DNA of 64,000 nt from an uncultured Caulobacteraceae bacterium (GCA_937138625.1 CAKZPF010000009.1:96831-160830); one strand, 5' to 3'. Shown: positions 40,948 to 53,740, counted from the first letter of the stretch. Notes: generated by a model from the sequence alone, not told the origin. Numbers and translations are program-made.

Positions 40948-41448
40948 CTATCGGAGGGGAGTCGAATAGTGCCCAAAAGCAGCGATCACCTCGGCGTAGA
41001 CATCCCGCTTAAAGGGCACGATGTGGTGCGGCGTTTCTTCTAACAGCATCCAGCGCCACTCGCAGAACTCCACTTCACCATGCGCCTCCAGATCCACTTC
41101 GCTGTCATTGCCCGTAAAGCGGAACGCAAACCAACGCTGACGCTGCCCCTTAAAGCCTCGCGCGGCTTTGCTGCCGCGAAAATCTTCGGGGAAATCATAG
41201 GCAATCCAGCCTGGGATCTCGCCCAGATACTCGATCGAACGCACACCAGTTTCTTCATAGAGCTCGCGCCGGGCCGCCGCCAAGGGCACCTCTTTGCCGT
41301 CAATGCCGCCTTGGGGCATTTGCCAACAATAGGGCGGTGGGCTGTTCACACGCCGCCCCATAAAAACGCGACCGTCTGTGTTAAAGAGGGCCACCCCCAC
41401 GTTTGGGCGATAGCCCCGTGAGCCACGTTTGACCTTGGGTTTGCTCAT
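40948..41448 (-). CDS. rppH: RNA pyrophosphohydrolase (NUDIX)
   Basis: 166 aa; YRPNVGVALFN, WQMPQGGI, Nudix box AARRELYEETGV. Confidence 0.85.
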   Translation of the reverse strand: MSKPKVKRGSRGYRPNVGVALFNTDGRVFMGRRVNSPPPYCWQMPQGGIDGKEVPLAAARRELYEETGVRSIEYLGEIPGWIAYDFPEDFRGSKAARGFKGQRQRWFAFRFTGNDSEVDLEAHGEVEFCEWRWMLLEETPHHIVPFKRDVYAEVIAAFGHYSTPLR

Positions 41449-42764
41449 GAGCCGCTGCGCGCTTTGACCACGGCTGACGCCGGCGCGAGACTATAGCCCT
41501 TCAGACCCAAACCGTCGGCCCAGCGGGCGATTTGATCCACCGTGATGGGATAGGCAAAGCCCACACCCATGGCATGCCCCTGCTGCAGAGCCAAGGCCTC
41601 AAGGGCCAGCAGTTGCTGGTCAATGGCCTCGGCCGAGGGCCGCTCATCGACCAAGCGGTCCGCAACCCCGCCACGCACACTGGTGCGAGCCTGGGCGGTG
41701 GCAAATGTTGAACGTGTCGTCTGGCCATCGCCCACAAAGGCCACACCACGCTGTTTCAGAAGCTGAAATATAGGGGCCAAGGCGGCCTCGGTAGACATAA
41801 ATTTGCCCCCCAGATAATTGATCACGCCGAAATAGCCGGTGGCGCGGCTCATCAGCCAGTCCAGACGCTGTTGGTTTTCCTCAAGCTGCGCATCCGCCAA
41901 CAAGGTGTAAGGCCCAGGGTCGTTTTCTGGATAATCAAAGGGCTCCATGGGCAGTTCCAAAATGACCTCATGGCCATTGGCCCGCGCCAGATCAATCCAG
42001 CCCTGTAAGCCTTCGGCATAGGGCACGAAGGACAAGGTGACCTCCGGCGGCAAGCGTTCAATGGCCGCTTTGGTTGCCGCCTTGTTCAGGCCCAGGCCCC
42101 CAACGATTACCGACAGCATCGGCTTGCCCGTCTTTTTGTATGGCCGTGCATAGGCATCCGCCGGCCACTCGCCTTTGGGGCCAATGCTGGGCAGGGGTCC
42201 TGCTGGGCCCGGCTGGGTCAGACCGGCAATGGGGGCTGCCGGTAAGGGCTCGGAGGGTTTTTGCGAAATGGTCTCAACGCGCGGCTTCGCGCCCGTGACC
42301 GTAATGGTGGCCACGCCTGGTTTGTTGGGGCCACCCACCTGAGAAAAGCCAGGAATGGCCTTGGGGCCGCCGTCTCGTTGTGCCTGCTCAGATTCAAGGG
42401 GAATATCGTCCAGGGGTGCCAGGCTTGCGATGTTGGGGCGGCCACCAGACAGCAAATCGAGCTCGGTGATGGCCTGTTGCTGTGGGTTGGCTTGCGCCCC
42501 CATGCGCGGATCGACAGCTTTGACCTCCGGTGCCAATTTCAGCATCAATTTAGGCTTACCCGCCGAGGGGTCCCCTAGGCCCTCGATCAGGCCATACCCC
42601 ACGCCCAAGGTGGCGATCAACGCCAACGCCCCCAAAGCATGCGGGTTTTTCAGATGCCGCACCCAGCCCCATGACAGGCGTGGCAAACCCGGCAAGCCAA
42701 AGCGACGGGAAGAGCCACCCCCGTTTTTGTTAAATCTCTGCAAGGCGATCTTGGCGCTCGACAT
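41445..42764 (-). CDS. Divergent polysaccharide deacetylase family protein (YibQ-like)
   Basis: 439 aa; N-terminal TM anchor, Pro-rich linker. C-terminal LSVIVGGLGLN...LSFVPYA...HEVILELPMEPFDYPENDPGPYTLL is typical of the YibQ/DUF610 domain. Confidence 0.75.
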   Translation of the reverse strand: MSSAKIALQRFNKNGGGSSRRFGLPGLPRLSWGWVRHLKNPHALGALALIATLGVGYGLIEGLGDPSAGKPKLMLKLAPEVKAVDPRMGAQANPQQQAITELDLLSGGRPNIASLAPLDDIPLESEQAQRDGGPKAIPGFSQVGGPNKPGVATITVTGAKPRVETISQKPSEPLPAAPIAGLTQPGPAGPLPSIGPKGEWPADAYARPYKKTGKPMLSVIVGGLGLNKAATKAAIERLPPEVTLSFVPYAEGLQGWIDLARANGHEVILELPMEPFDYPENDPGPYTLLADAQLEENQQRLDWLMSRATGYFGVINYLGGKFMSTEAALAPIFQLLKQRGVAFVGDGQTTRSTFATAQARTSVRGGVADRLVDERPSAEAIDQQLLALEALALQQGHAMGVGFAYPITVDQIARWADGLGLKGYSLAPASAVVKARSGS

Positions 42765-42933
42765 TCCGAATCACATGTCCCTCTCTGCTGGGTCCGTTAT
42801 AGGGGAAAATCTTAACGCAGTGGTAAACACAATCCTAATGCAGCAAAAAATCCGCCCACCCCGCGGATGGTGGATTGACACGCCTTTGGGCAAAAGATAC
42901 ACGAACGGCTCGAGTAACCGTGAGTGTAACGTC

Positions 42934-44250
42934 ATGATTTTATTATATAATCAGCCTGCTGATCAATTTTACACCTCAGCGCAGGCCCCAGATGCCAATA
43001 CTTTCAGTGCGCTGATGCCAATAGACCCGAACGCAGGCCGGCCAGATCCTATTTTTTATCGCACACGGGGGGGCGAGACCCTTGGGGATGTGGCCCAATG
43101 GTATGGCACAACCGTGGGGCAACTGCTGAGCTGGAATGGCCTTCTGGCCGTCCATTACCCCAAAGCCCACGCTGACACGGTCCTGAACGCCGGCCATGAG
43201 CTGGTTGTATCGGAATCATATGTGGAAGAAGAAACACTGATGCCTCGCGACAGTTACTTGCTGGAGGTGGAAAACAATAGCGCACCCGGACAAGCCGAGC
43301 GCCTGCAGGCGTTAGATGCCCGCGGGGCTGCCGAAGACCGCATTGCCGCCTATAACCAAGCCTGGCGCGCAAATCAGCCGGTGTTTCAGCAAAACAGAGG
43401 GCCGCACATCCCCAAAGACAGTCCGCTGATGGAGCAGCTGCGCTACGATACCGAAGTGCGCCAAGCCTATGAGGTCCTGTCTTTGGTCAAACCCGGCGAA
43501 TTTCTGGACAGTGACCTGATCGAGAAACGGTGGAGGCAAATCTATGGTGGTGCCATGCCCTATGGGGTTTATGAAGCCGAAGGCATCATCAAAGCTCACG
43601 AACGCCGAAAACATCGCGATGCCTCCATCGGCGCTATGGGAGCCGTCTATTATTACGCTGCCGATCCCCACAATCCTGTCAGTGTGTTGAACTTGATCAC
43701 AGCGGGCGGCGTGGGTCTGAAAATGCCAGGGGGGCACAAACAGATCACTGAGCACAAAACAGGGCGCGGGACTGTTCAGGTTCATTTTTCACGCCTGCCC
43801 GGCGTCGAGGCCACGTTTCGAGTCCGATATGTTTTTGTGGACATGAATGGACAGAAGCACGCCCTAACCGAGCGTGAAGTTTTGCGCCATATCAACGAGA
43901 GCTATCGGCCGAGCTCAGTGCACCGTGCCGAAGGGCATATGGCCACGACCCAACTGCATGCCGATATGCCGCTTGGCATGTTGGATGGCCTCAGCCCCGC
44001 CATGGTGCGACAACTGAATGCTCGGGGCTATCGCACCATTCGAGATTTGTTTTCCTTGTCGCCAGATATGGCCCTTGAAAATTTGCGCCTGAGTGCGGAA
44101 CACAATCATGGCTATACGCATCCCAATACTTTGCATATTGAAGCGGTGGCTGAACATTATGGCCTACGCTTTGGGATGAGCACCGCCGACTTTCAAGCTT
44201 GGAACCAGCGGGCACAGAACACTTACAATAGTGCCAATGGCCGTCCCTAA
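42934..44250 (+). CDS. Orphan LysM-domain protein with unknown C-terminal region
   Basis: The track ORF (42355..) overlaps yibQ antisense, so it is trimmed to the first ATG after it with a sensible N-terminus (MILLYNQPADQFYTSAQAPD). LysM: YRTRGGETLGDVAQWYGTTVGQLLSWNGL...LNAGHELVV. Possible HhH near the C-terminus (LSPAMVRQLNARGYRTIRDL). Start uncertain. Confidence 0.5.
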   Translation: MILLYNQPADQFYTSAQAPDANTFSALMPIDPNAGRPDPIFYRTRGGETLGDVAQWYGTTVGQLLSWNGLLAVHYPKAHADTVLNAGHELVVSESYVEEETLMPRDSYLLEVENNSAPGQAERLQALDARGAAEDRIAAYNQAWRANQPVFQQNRGPHIPKDSPLMEQLRYDTEVRQAYEVLSLVKPGEFLDSDLIEKRWRQIYGGAMPYGVYEAEGIIKAHERRKHRDASIGAMGAVYYYAADPHNPVSVLNLITAGGVGLKMPGGHKQITEHKTGRGTVQVHFSRLPGVEATFRVRYVFVDMNGQKHALTEREVLRHINESYRPSSVHRAEGHMATTQLHADMPLGMLDGLSPAMVRQLNARGYRTIRDLFSLSPDMALENLRLSAEHNHGYTHPNTLHIEAVAEHYGLRFGMSTADFQAWNQRAQNTYNSANGRP

Positions 44251-44308
44251 TCAGAGCGAGAGCCCTGTCACTTCGTAACCGCATTATTGGCGGCAATAGA
44301 GAGTTCGC

Positions 44309-45631
44309 TCAGGAGGCCGCTTTTTTCGCCGCCGTCATGATGCCGCCAGTGCTGAGGAAATCAAGCGCGCGGTCCAATTGGTAATCGCCCTCTTCGTCAT
44401 CGTAATCCTCAGGCGGTTTATCAGCCACTTCGTGGGGTTCGGTGCGCGCCTGGCCCTCTTGCGCACTTAGGGCGTTGGGCAGGCTTGATTCGTTCAAGAT
44501 GCCATGTTTGGCCATAAACTCGGCTTGCTTACGGGTTTGGGCCACCTCTTTGTCAGGTGTGATGCCTGTCGCCTGTATGGACCGGCCCGAAGGGGCATAA
44601 TAGCGTGCTGTGGTCAGGCGTAGGGCCCCATCACGGCCACCGCGCAGCGGAATGATGGTTTGCACCGAGCCTTTGCCAAAGGAGGTGGTGCCCAAGATCG
44701 TGGCTCGGCCACGGTCTTGCAAGGCCCCCGCCACGATCTCGGAGGCACTGGCCGACCCGCCATTGATCAACACCACCATGGGCAGATTGGGCAGCATTTC
44801 GCCAGGCTCGGCGTTATAGCGCTCAATGTCTTCGGGGTGACGACCGCGCTGGCTGACGACCTCGCCGCCATCCAAAAACACACTGGCCACACCCACAGCC
44901 TCGTCAAGCAAGCCGCCAGGGTTGTTGCGCAGATCCAGCACCAAGCCCTTCATATCAGGATGGTTGCGTTTCAAATCCCGCAGAGCATCCACCAAGCTGT
45001 CAGTTGTGCGCTCGTTAAAGGTGGAAATGCGCACATAGCCCAGATTGTTGGCTTCCATGCGATATTTCACAGGCTTCACTTCGATAATCTGGCGGGTAAT
45101 GGTCACATCAAAGGGGTCTTCTTCGGTGTCTGGGCGCACCACGGTGATGGTGATGTCCGTATTCACCGGCCCCCGCATTTGTTTAACGGCCTCGCGCAGT
45201 GACAACCCCACGATGCTTTTGCCCTCGATGGCCGTAATATAATCTCCGGCTTTCAAGCCCGCTTTAGCCGCAGGCGTATCATCCATCGGCGAGACCACTT
45301 TCACCACCCCATCTTCGGTGGTGACCTCTAGGCCCAAGCCGCCATACTCGCCTCGGGTTTGCACCTGCATGTCCTTGAAATCATCAGGGCTGAGGTAGCT
45401 GGAGTGCGGATCGAGCGAGGTCAGCATACCGTCGATGGCCGACTCGATCAGCTCTTTATCATTGGAATCGGTGACATAATCGGCTTTGACGCGGGCCATG
45501 GCGTCACCAAACAACTGCAACATGCGATAGGCATCCACACGCGGCTCTTCGGCTTTTTCCGGCGCGCTATAAGCCATGGCCGCCAAGCCAAAACCGGTGA
45601 GAATTACAGGAAGCCATAAAAATCGACGCAT
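44309..45631 (-). CDS. ctpA: Carboxy-terminal processing protease (S41)
   Basis: 440 aa; signal peptide, PDZ (PAAKAGLKAGDYITAIEG), catalytic GGSASASEI ... TTSFGKGSVQ. Confidence 0.9.
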   Translation of the reverse strand: MRRFLWLPVILTGFGLAAMAYSAPEKAEEPRVDAYRMLQLFGDAMARVKADYVTDSNDKELIESAIDGMLTSLDPHSSYLSPDDFKDMQVQTRGEYGGLGLEVTTEDGVVKVVSPMDDTPAAKAGLKAGDYITAIEGKSIVGLSLREAVKQMRGPVNTDITITVVRPDTEEDPFDVTITRQIIEVKPVKYRMEANNLGYVRISTFNERTTDSLVDALRDLKRNHPDMKGLVLDLRNNPGGLLDEAVGVASVFLDGGEVVSQRGRHPEDIERYNAEPGEMLPNLPMVVLINGGSASASEIVAGALQDRGRATILGTTSFGKGSVQTIIPLRGGRDGALRLTTARYYAPSGRSIQATGITPDKEVAQTRKQAEFMAKHGILNESSLPNALSAQEGQARTEPHEVADKPPEDYDDEEGDYQLDRALDFLSTGGIMTAAKKAAS

Positions 45632-45757
45632 GGTCAGGTTGTCTTTCGTCTATGCCATCGGCAGTTGGGGATGATGCAAACAGAGCACCATATCATTGTG
45701 GCGAAATCTTAGCGATTGGTTGCCAAAAGGCCAACAGCCAAGATCAGATTTTCAAAC

Positions 45758-46834
45758 TTATATTGTTTTGCTTTCTGAAAACCAGGGGGCCGGGTCCACG
45801 GCCCGACGGCCTTGCCACACTCTGACCGAGATATTGGTCTTGCCACTGGGATCGTCAAGGGCTTCGCCCAACAGATCACCGCTTTTGACCTCTTGGCCCA
45901 CGCCGCGAAAGACCTTGCCCAGGCCGGAAATGACCAACCGTACGCCATCGCCAAGGTCCAAAATCGCGGTGCCGCCATAGCCTTTCAGCTCTCCCACATA
46001 GGCCAATGTGCCCGCCAAAGGCGCCAAGACCTGCCCCGTGGCCAAGACTTCGATATGGAGGGCGGGCACGTCGCCCCGTTCGCGTCGAAGATTCAGAGCG
46101 GTCACCGGCAAGGGCAATTCCCCTTTCAGTGACGCCGCCTTGATCTCGACGGGAGCGGCCAAGCGCCGCAAACTGTCGATGAAATCTGGCAACGCCTTGC
46201 TGGTGTCCGCCAGTTTGCTGGCGGTTTCGGCCTCAGCCTGTGCCTTGCTCATGTAATCCTGATGCAGTTTTTGGTGGACCTCCATCAATCCCAACAAGCG
46301 CCGCCGCACGGTTTCCACATCCCCATCCATGGCTTCCAGGTCTGTTTCCACCTCGGCGCGCTCAATTTTCAAGGCTTGAAGCTTTTCCAGATCCGCTTGC
46401 AAGCGATTGGCCTCGTCTTGCAACTTGGGTGTGATGTGCCGCATCAAACTGGCGGAATTGGCTGCGGCCAAACTTTGTTGCGGGTAAAACACCAGGGCTG
46501 GTGTCGGGTCCGCGCCCATACGCATCAAGGCCGCCAGCAGACGGGCTTGTGAAATTTTGCGCGCGTTCAGGCTTTGACGCAGGGCCACTTCCTTGGCCAA
46601 AACCTCGTCATAACTCAGGCGCAAATTGCCTTGCTTGCGTTCAAAGGTTTGTCGCTGAGCGCTCAGGGCACGCAATTGACGCTCCAGGCGTTTGATCTCG
46701 GCTTTGGCGGCCTTGGCTTCGGCTTGATAGGCTTCGGCGCGCTCGACATGGGATTGCGCCTTGTCGCGCGCAGCTGCGACCGGGCCCATCAAAGCCAGTG
46801 CCGATGCCGCAGTGATCAGAAAAACAAGTCTCAT
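45758..46834 (-). CDS. Murein hydrolase activator EnvC-like (coiled-coil + degenerate M23 domain)
   Basis: Start at ATG 46834, overlapping the rlmH stop (ATGA). Signal peptide MRLVFLITAASALALMGPVAAA, long coiled coil, C-terminal LytM-like GYGGTAILDLGDGVRLVISGL. Confidence 0.7.
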   Translation of the reverse strand: MRLVFLITAASALALMGPVAAARDKAQSHVERAEAYQAEAKAAKAEIKRLERQLRALSAQRQTFERKQGNLRLSYDEVLAKEVALRQSLNARKISQARLLAALMRMGADPTPALVFYPQQSLAAANSASLMRHITPKLQDEANRLQADLEKLQALKIERAEVETDLEAMDGDVETVRRRLLGLMEVHQKLHQDYMSKAQAEAETASKLADTSKALPDFIDSLRRLAAPVEIKAASLKGELPLPVTALNLRRERGDVPALHIEVLATGQVLAPLAGTLAYVGELKGYGGTAILDLGDGVRLVISGLGKVFRGVGQEVKSGDLLGEALDDPSGKTNISVRVWQGRRAVDPAPWFSESKTI

Positions 46835-47298
46835 ACCCGATGATAGGGATGTCCTGTCAAAATTGACAAGCACCGATACAGTTGTTCCGCCGCCATCACC
46901 CGCACCAGTTTATGGGGCCAAACTTGCGGCCCAAAAGCCAGCAAGCGATCCGCCCGCTCGCGCACAGCCCGGGTGTGGCCATCCGCGCCACCAATGGCCA
47001 AGCACAAATCCGGCACACCTTGCTCGTGCAAATCCCGCAAGGTTTTGGCCATATCATCAGTTTTCAAGAGCTTGCCACGCTCATCCAAGGCCCATAGCTG
47101 CGCGCCCGCAGGCGTTGAGGCCAACACAGCCTCGCTTTCCGCCTGTTGTCCGCCGGTGCGGACATCCAATTCGGTTACGCTGATGTCTTTCAGACCCAAT
47201 TGACGGGCCAAGGGCTTGGCGCGCTCGATATAGGTCTCGACGAGCTCACGCTCGGGCCCCGTCCGCATCTTGCCAACGGCGACAATCTGAATGCGCAC
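46831..47298 (-). CDS. rlmH: 23S rRNA (pseudouridine1915-N3)-methyltransferase
   Basis: 155 aa; MRIQIVAVGK, LCLAIGGADGH, SPOUT C-terminus LYRCLSILTGHPYHR. Confidence 0.9.
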   Translation of the reverse strand: MRIQIVAVGKMRTGPERELVETYIERAKPLARQLGLKDISVTELDVRTGGQQAESEAVLASTPAGAQLWALDERGKLLKTDDMAKTLRDLHEQGVPDLCLAIGGADGHTRAVRERADRLLAFGPQVWPHKLVRVMAAEQLYRCLSILTGHPYHRV

Positions 47299-47310
47299 AA
47301 CCGAACCCGA

Positions 47311-47712
47311 TCAGGATGTGGCGCTGAGGGTCGCGGGCTCCGTACTCCAGAGCTTTTCCAAATTATAATAGGCGCGAACTTCCGGCCGGAACAGGTGCAC
47401 AACCACGTCCCCCGCATCAATTAGCACCCAATCACAGCTTTGGGCCCCTTCGACACGGGCACCTTTTTTGCCCACATCCTTCAGGGCCTTGACCACATGA
47501 TCAGCCAAAGCACCCACATGACGCTGCGAACGCCCCGAGGCAATGATCATATGATCCGCCACGCTGCTTTTGCCTTCAAGGTCGATGACCATCAGATCTT
47601 CGGCCTTGTCCGCGTCCAATGTCGTCATGATCAGCTCGGCCATGGCTTGATGCGCAGGCCGGTCTGTAGGCAACTGAGGTGTTGAGGATTTGGCCGGGTA
47701 TCCAGGGGCCAC
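47311..47712 (-). CDS. rsfS: Ribosome silencing factor RsfS
   Basis: LDADKAEDLMVIDLEGKSSVADHMIIASGRSQRHV...WVLIDAGDVVVHLFRPEVRAYYNLEKLW. N-terminal extent uncertain. Confidence 0.85.
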   Translation of the reverse strand: MAPGYPAKSSTPQLPTDRPAHQAMAELIMTTLDADKAEDLMVIDLEGKSSVADHMIIASGRSQRHVGALADHVVKALKDVGKKGARVEGAQSCDWVLIDAGDVVVHLFRPEVRAYYNLEKLWSTEPATLSATS

Positions 47713-47846
47713 ACGGGAAAGCGCAGATTTCGAGGCCGCTGCGACCTTTTTCGCGCCGTTTGCAATTTTAGAACTCAGGGTCTTGTGTCCTTCTGCTGTT
47801 GAACAATTGCCAAATCAGCATAGCACAGCCAAAGTTTAAGACAAGT

Positions 47847-50286
<2,440 letters not shown>

Positions 50287-50347
50287 TAGACATCCTATTT
50301 TTCATCAGTCTCTGGACTTCATAGCGAACTTCCGCTTCAAAGCCCAT

Positions 50348-51472
50348 ATGTCAATACACGGTCATTGCCCCCCTGCCCTTGCGCCCCTGCAGACAGCCTT
50401 TTCAGAGCTTTTTGATGCCGACGAGGAATTGGGCGCTGCCGTGGCCGTGACCCTGGACGGGGATCTGATTGCCCACCTGTGGGCCGGTTATGCCGACAAA
50501 CGCAAAACCCAAAATTTTGCCCAAGACACTTTGGTGCCCGTATACTCCACTGGCAAAGCCCTTGTCAGCTTGGTGGTGGCCCAGGTCGTGGATCAGTTTG
50601 ACATCACCTATGACACGCCGGTGGGCCAGATTTGGCCGGAATTAAACCCTCATGGTGTCGGGGCCATCACCCTGGCGCAGCTGATGTCTCACCAATCCGG
50701 TCTGTGTGGCTTTACCTCACCCATGGAAGCCAGCGACTGGTTTGAATGGGAGACCATCACCAAACGCCTTGAGGCCACCACACCCTTGTGGACACCGGGC
50801 ACCGCCCATGGCTACGAGCCCATTACCTTTGGCTTTTTGGCTGGTGAGATCGTCCGCCGCATCAGCAGCCAAACCATACCCCAATGGGTGGCCACCCACT
50901 GGCGCGAGGCTTTGGGCCTGGACTTGTGGTTCGGCGGCCTTGGCGGGGAGACCCACCGCATCGCTGAATTGGCACGTCCAACCCGCTTGCCGGATTTGTC
51001 GAATCTAACCCCCGAACGCCAAGCGGCCTTTTTGGAACGCTGGTCGGCGCCAGCGGGTCGGGGCAGCGCCACCTGGCGCGAGGCCAATTTGCCCGCCGCC
51101 AATCTGCACGCCACGGCCCCCGCCCTTGCCGAAATGATGAGCATCCTGACCACGGGCGGCGAACGTCATGGCGAGCGGGTGATCAGCCCGTCAACCCTTG
51201 GGGCCCTTTGCCAAGAGCACACCCAGGGGCCAGACAAGGTCTTGCCCTTTGCCCTGAGCTGGGCGGCGGGTCTGTTGCGCAATGGGGATCTGGGCATATA
51301 TGGCCCCAACCCGGACGCCGTCGGACATTCCGGTTGGGGCGGCAGCTGCGCCTTTGCGGATCCAGAGCGCGGCCTTGGCTTTGCCTATGTGATGAACAAA
51401 CAGTCCCACCATTTGCTGGGCGACCCACGGCCGCTCGCTTTGATCCGTGCCCTTTATGACAGCCTGGATTAA
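50348..51472 (+). CDS. Serine hydrolase, beta-lactamase/esterase family
   Basis: 374 aa; S-x-x-K motif VYSTGKAL, LMSHQSGL, later HSGWGG. Confidence 0.75.
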   Translation: MSIHGHCPPALAPLQTAFSELFDADEELGAAVAVTLDGDLIAHLWAGYADKRKTQNFAQDTLVPVYSTGKALVSLVVAQVVDQFDITYDTPVGQIWPELNPHGVGAITLAQLMSHQSGLCGFTSPMEASDWFEWETITKRLEATTPLWTPGTAHGYEPITFGFLAGEIVRRISSQTIPQWVATHWREALGLDLWFGGLGGETHRIAELARPTRLPDLSNLTPERQAAFLERWSAPAGRGSATWREANLPAANLHATAPALAEMMSILTTGGERHGERVISPSTLGALCQEHTQGPDKVLPFALSWAAGLLRNGDLGIYGPNPDAVGHSGWGGSCAFADPERGLGFAYVMNKQSHHLLGDPRPLALIRALYDSLD

Positions 51473-52401
51473 ACGGCTTGGCTGGCGCGTCGTCGGCGTT
51501 GGGCGCGATAGGCATCCCAACTGAAGATCACCACCGCAAGCCAGATCAAGGCAAAGGTGACCAATTGCTCGGTTTCAAAGGCCTCGCCATAGACATAAAC
51601 TCCCGTGGCAAATTGCAAGGTGGGTGCCAGATATTGAATGATGCCAATGGTGGTCAAACTCAGGCGTTTGGCCCCAATGGTGAACATCACCAAGGGCAAG
51701 GGCGTGATCACACCAGACGCCAACAACAGGCCCATCTGCACCGGACCCGTCACCGGCGCAAGATCCATACCCATCTGCCACAGCCAGGCAAAATACATCA
51801 GCGCCGGTACGGAAATGATCACCACCTCGATGAACAGCCCCGTGACCGCGTCCACATGGGCGGTTTTACGGATCAGACCATAGACAGCGAAGGTCACCGC
51901 CAGAAACACCGAAACACCAGGGAAGGCACCAATAGACACACCTTGGTTGATCACCCCAAGCGCCGCGATGGCAATGGCCACCATCTGCCAGCGTCGCAGC
52001 CGTTCCTGCAAAAACAGTACCCCAAACAGCACATTGACCAAAGGGTTGATATAATAGCCCAAACTGGCAGACAGCACCCGATCACTGACCACGGCCCAGA
52101 TGAACACAAACCAATTCACCCCAATCAGCGCCGCCGTTGCGCACAGTGACCAACGAATTTTTGCGGTCTGCAGCGCCACCTTCACGCGGCCCCACCCCTG
52201 CAACAGGGTGATCAAACCGCCCAGCACCAACACCGACCACACCGCCCGGTGGGCCAAAATCAAAAACGGCGGCACGGGCTCAAGGGCTTTGAAATAAATA
52301 ACCAGCAAGCCCCAGGTCAGATAGGCCGTCAGCGCCGCAAACAGCCCCAGGCGGGCTTCACGCTGGGCCTCGGGCGTATCCGGCAAAGGGGGGTGGCTCA
52401 C
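51469..52401 (-). CDS. rarD: EamA/RarD family permease
   Basis: 310 aa, 10 predicted helices; GLFAALTAYLTWGLLVIYFK and YINPLVNVLFGVLFLQERL are RarD-like. Confidence 0.75.
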   Translation of the reverse strand: MSHPPLPDTPEAQREARLGLFAALTAYLTWGLLVIYFKALEPVPPFLILAHRAVWSVLVLGGLITLLQGWGRVKVALQTAKIRWSLCATAALIGVNWFVFIWAVVSDRVLSASLGYYINPLVNVLFGVLFLQERLRRWQMVAIAIAALGVINQGVSIGAFPGVSVFLAVTFAVYGLIRKTAHVDAVTGLFIEVVIISVPALMYFAWLWQMGMDLAPVTGPVQMGLLLASGVITPLPLVMFTIGAKRLSLTTIGIIQYLAPTLQFATGVYVYGEAFETEQLVTFALIWLAVVIFSWDAYRAQRRRRASQAV

Positions 52402-53411
52402 ACCAAGCCTCGGTTCAAGGCCAACTCGGCGATTTGTACCGCATTCAGCGCCGCCCCTTTGCGCAGGTTATCAGCACAGACCCAGAGGCTCAGGCCATGG
52501 GTCAGGGTCGGATCCTTGCGCACGCGCGAGACATAGACCGCAAACTCACCGGCAGCCTCGACAGGCGTGATGTAACCGCCATCCTCGCGCTTATCCACCA
52601 GCATGATGCCCGGGCTTTCTCGCAACAGGGCCTTGGCTTGCGGGGCCGTCATTTCGTCGTTCAGTTCCAGGTTCACGGCCACGCCATGCCCCACAAAGGT
52701 GGGCACGCGCACGCATGTCGCCGTGACCGCGATGTCGGCGGCCAAGATTTTTTGGGTTTCCACCACCATTTTCCACTCTTCTTTGGTGGCGCCGTCCTCC
52801 TGGAAGACATCAATGTGGGGAATGACATTGAAGGCGATCTGCTTGGTGAACTCGCGGGGTTCCAGCATTTCGTTGACGTAAATCGACTTGGTCTGGTCCC
52901 ACAGCTCGTCCATGGCGTGCTGACCGGCCCCTGATGTGGACTGATAGGTGGCGGCCACCACGCGCTTGATGCCCACCTCGTCTTGGATCGGTTTCAGTGC
53001 CACCACCATCTCGATGGTCGTGCAATTGGGGTTGGCGATGATGCGTTTGGCTTTGGCCGCGTCTATGGCCTCGGGGTTCACCTCGGGCACCACCAGCGGC
53101 ACGCCCTCGTCCATGCGCCAAGCTGATGAATTGTCGATCACCAAGGCGCCTGCATCGGCAATTTTTGGGGCCCAGGTTTTGGCCACCTCACCGCCGGCCG
53201 CCATCAAGACCAAATCAAGCTTAGAGAAGTCAACCTGCTCGATGTCATGGGTTTTCAGAACGGTTTCGCCAAAGGTCACCTCGGTGCCCAATGAACGGCG
53301 CGAGGCAATGGCCAGCACCTCGTCAGCCGGGAAGCCCCGTTCGGCAAGAATGGTCAACATTTCCCGACCCACCAGGCCTGTGGCCCCGATAACGCCAACA
53401 CGCAATCCCAT
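52398..53411 (-). CDS. asd: Aspartate-semialdehyde dehydrogenase
   Basis: Start trimmed to ATG 53411 (AGGAGaaaatcATG). VGVIGATGLVGREM, active-site ANPNCTTI. Confidence 0.95.
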   Translation of the reverse strand: MGLRVGVIGATGLVGREMLTILAERGFPADEVLAIASRRSLGTEVTFGETVLKTHDIEQVDFSKLDLVLMAAGGEVAKTWAPKIADAGALVIDNSSAWRMDEGVPLVVPEVNPEAIDAAKAKRIIANPNCTTIEMVVALKPIQDEVGIKRVVAATYQSTSGAGQHAMDELWDQTKSIYVNEMLEPREFTKQIAFNVIPHIDVFQEDGATKEEWKMVVETQKILAADIAVTATCVRVPTFVGHGVAVNLELNDEMTAPQAKALLRESPGIMLVDKREDGGYITPVEAAGEFAVYVSRVRKDPTLTHGLSLWVCADNLRKGAALNAVQIAELALNRGLV

Positions 53412-53533
53412 GATTTTCTCCTGTTTTTTGTGGACGGGCTTAGGCCTTTTGGCCGTTAACCATAGATTTACACGCCCTTTTAACGTGCCTGCCTTATGCT
53501 TGAAGATGCAGAAAGACAAAAGGGGGTATTTCT

Positions 53534-53716
53534 ATGACATCCGTCGATACGGGGTATTTTTCGTCCAGCAAAGCGCTGGCGGGCGGCCCGGCTGAGCTCT
53601 CGGCCTATGCAGCCAAGGTGGCGCAACAGCGCAATCAGGAACAAAACGTCGAGGCCGTGGAACAAGACAAGCAAGCCAAGCGCGAGGAAACGCGCCAACG
53701 CGGCCTGACCATCTAG
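53534..53716 (+). CDS. Hypothetical 60-aa protein
   Basis: ORF with GGGGG 7 nt upstream of the ATG, followed by the bidirectional hairpin at 53741. No family recognised. Confidence 0.3.
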   Translation: MTSVDTGYFSSSKALAGGPAELSAYAAKVAQQRNQEQNVEAVEQDKQAKREETRQRGLTI

Positions 53717-53740
53717 CACACCTCTATTTTCCAAACAAAA

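Noticed and set aside
42355-42933. Upstream 193 codons of the 631-aa plus ORF
   Set aside because: This stretch overlaps the yibQ-like deacetylase gene antisense and reads as low-complexity Arg/Pro/Ser sequence. The LysM protein is more plausibly initiated after 42764.
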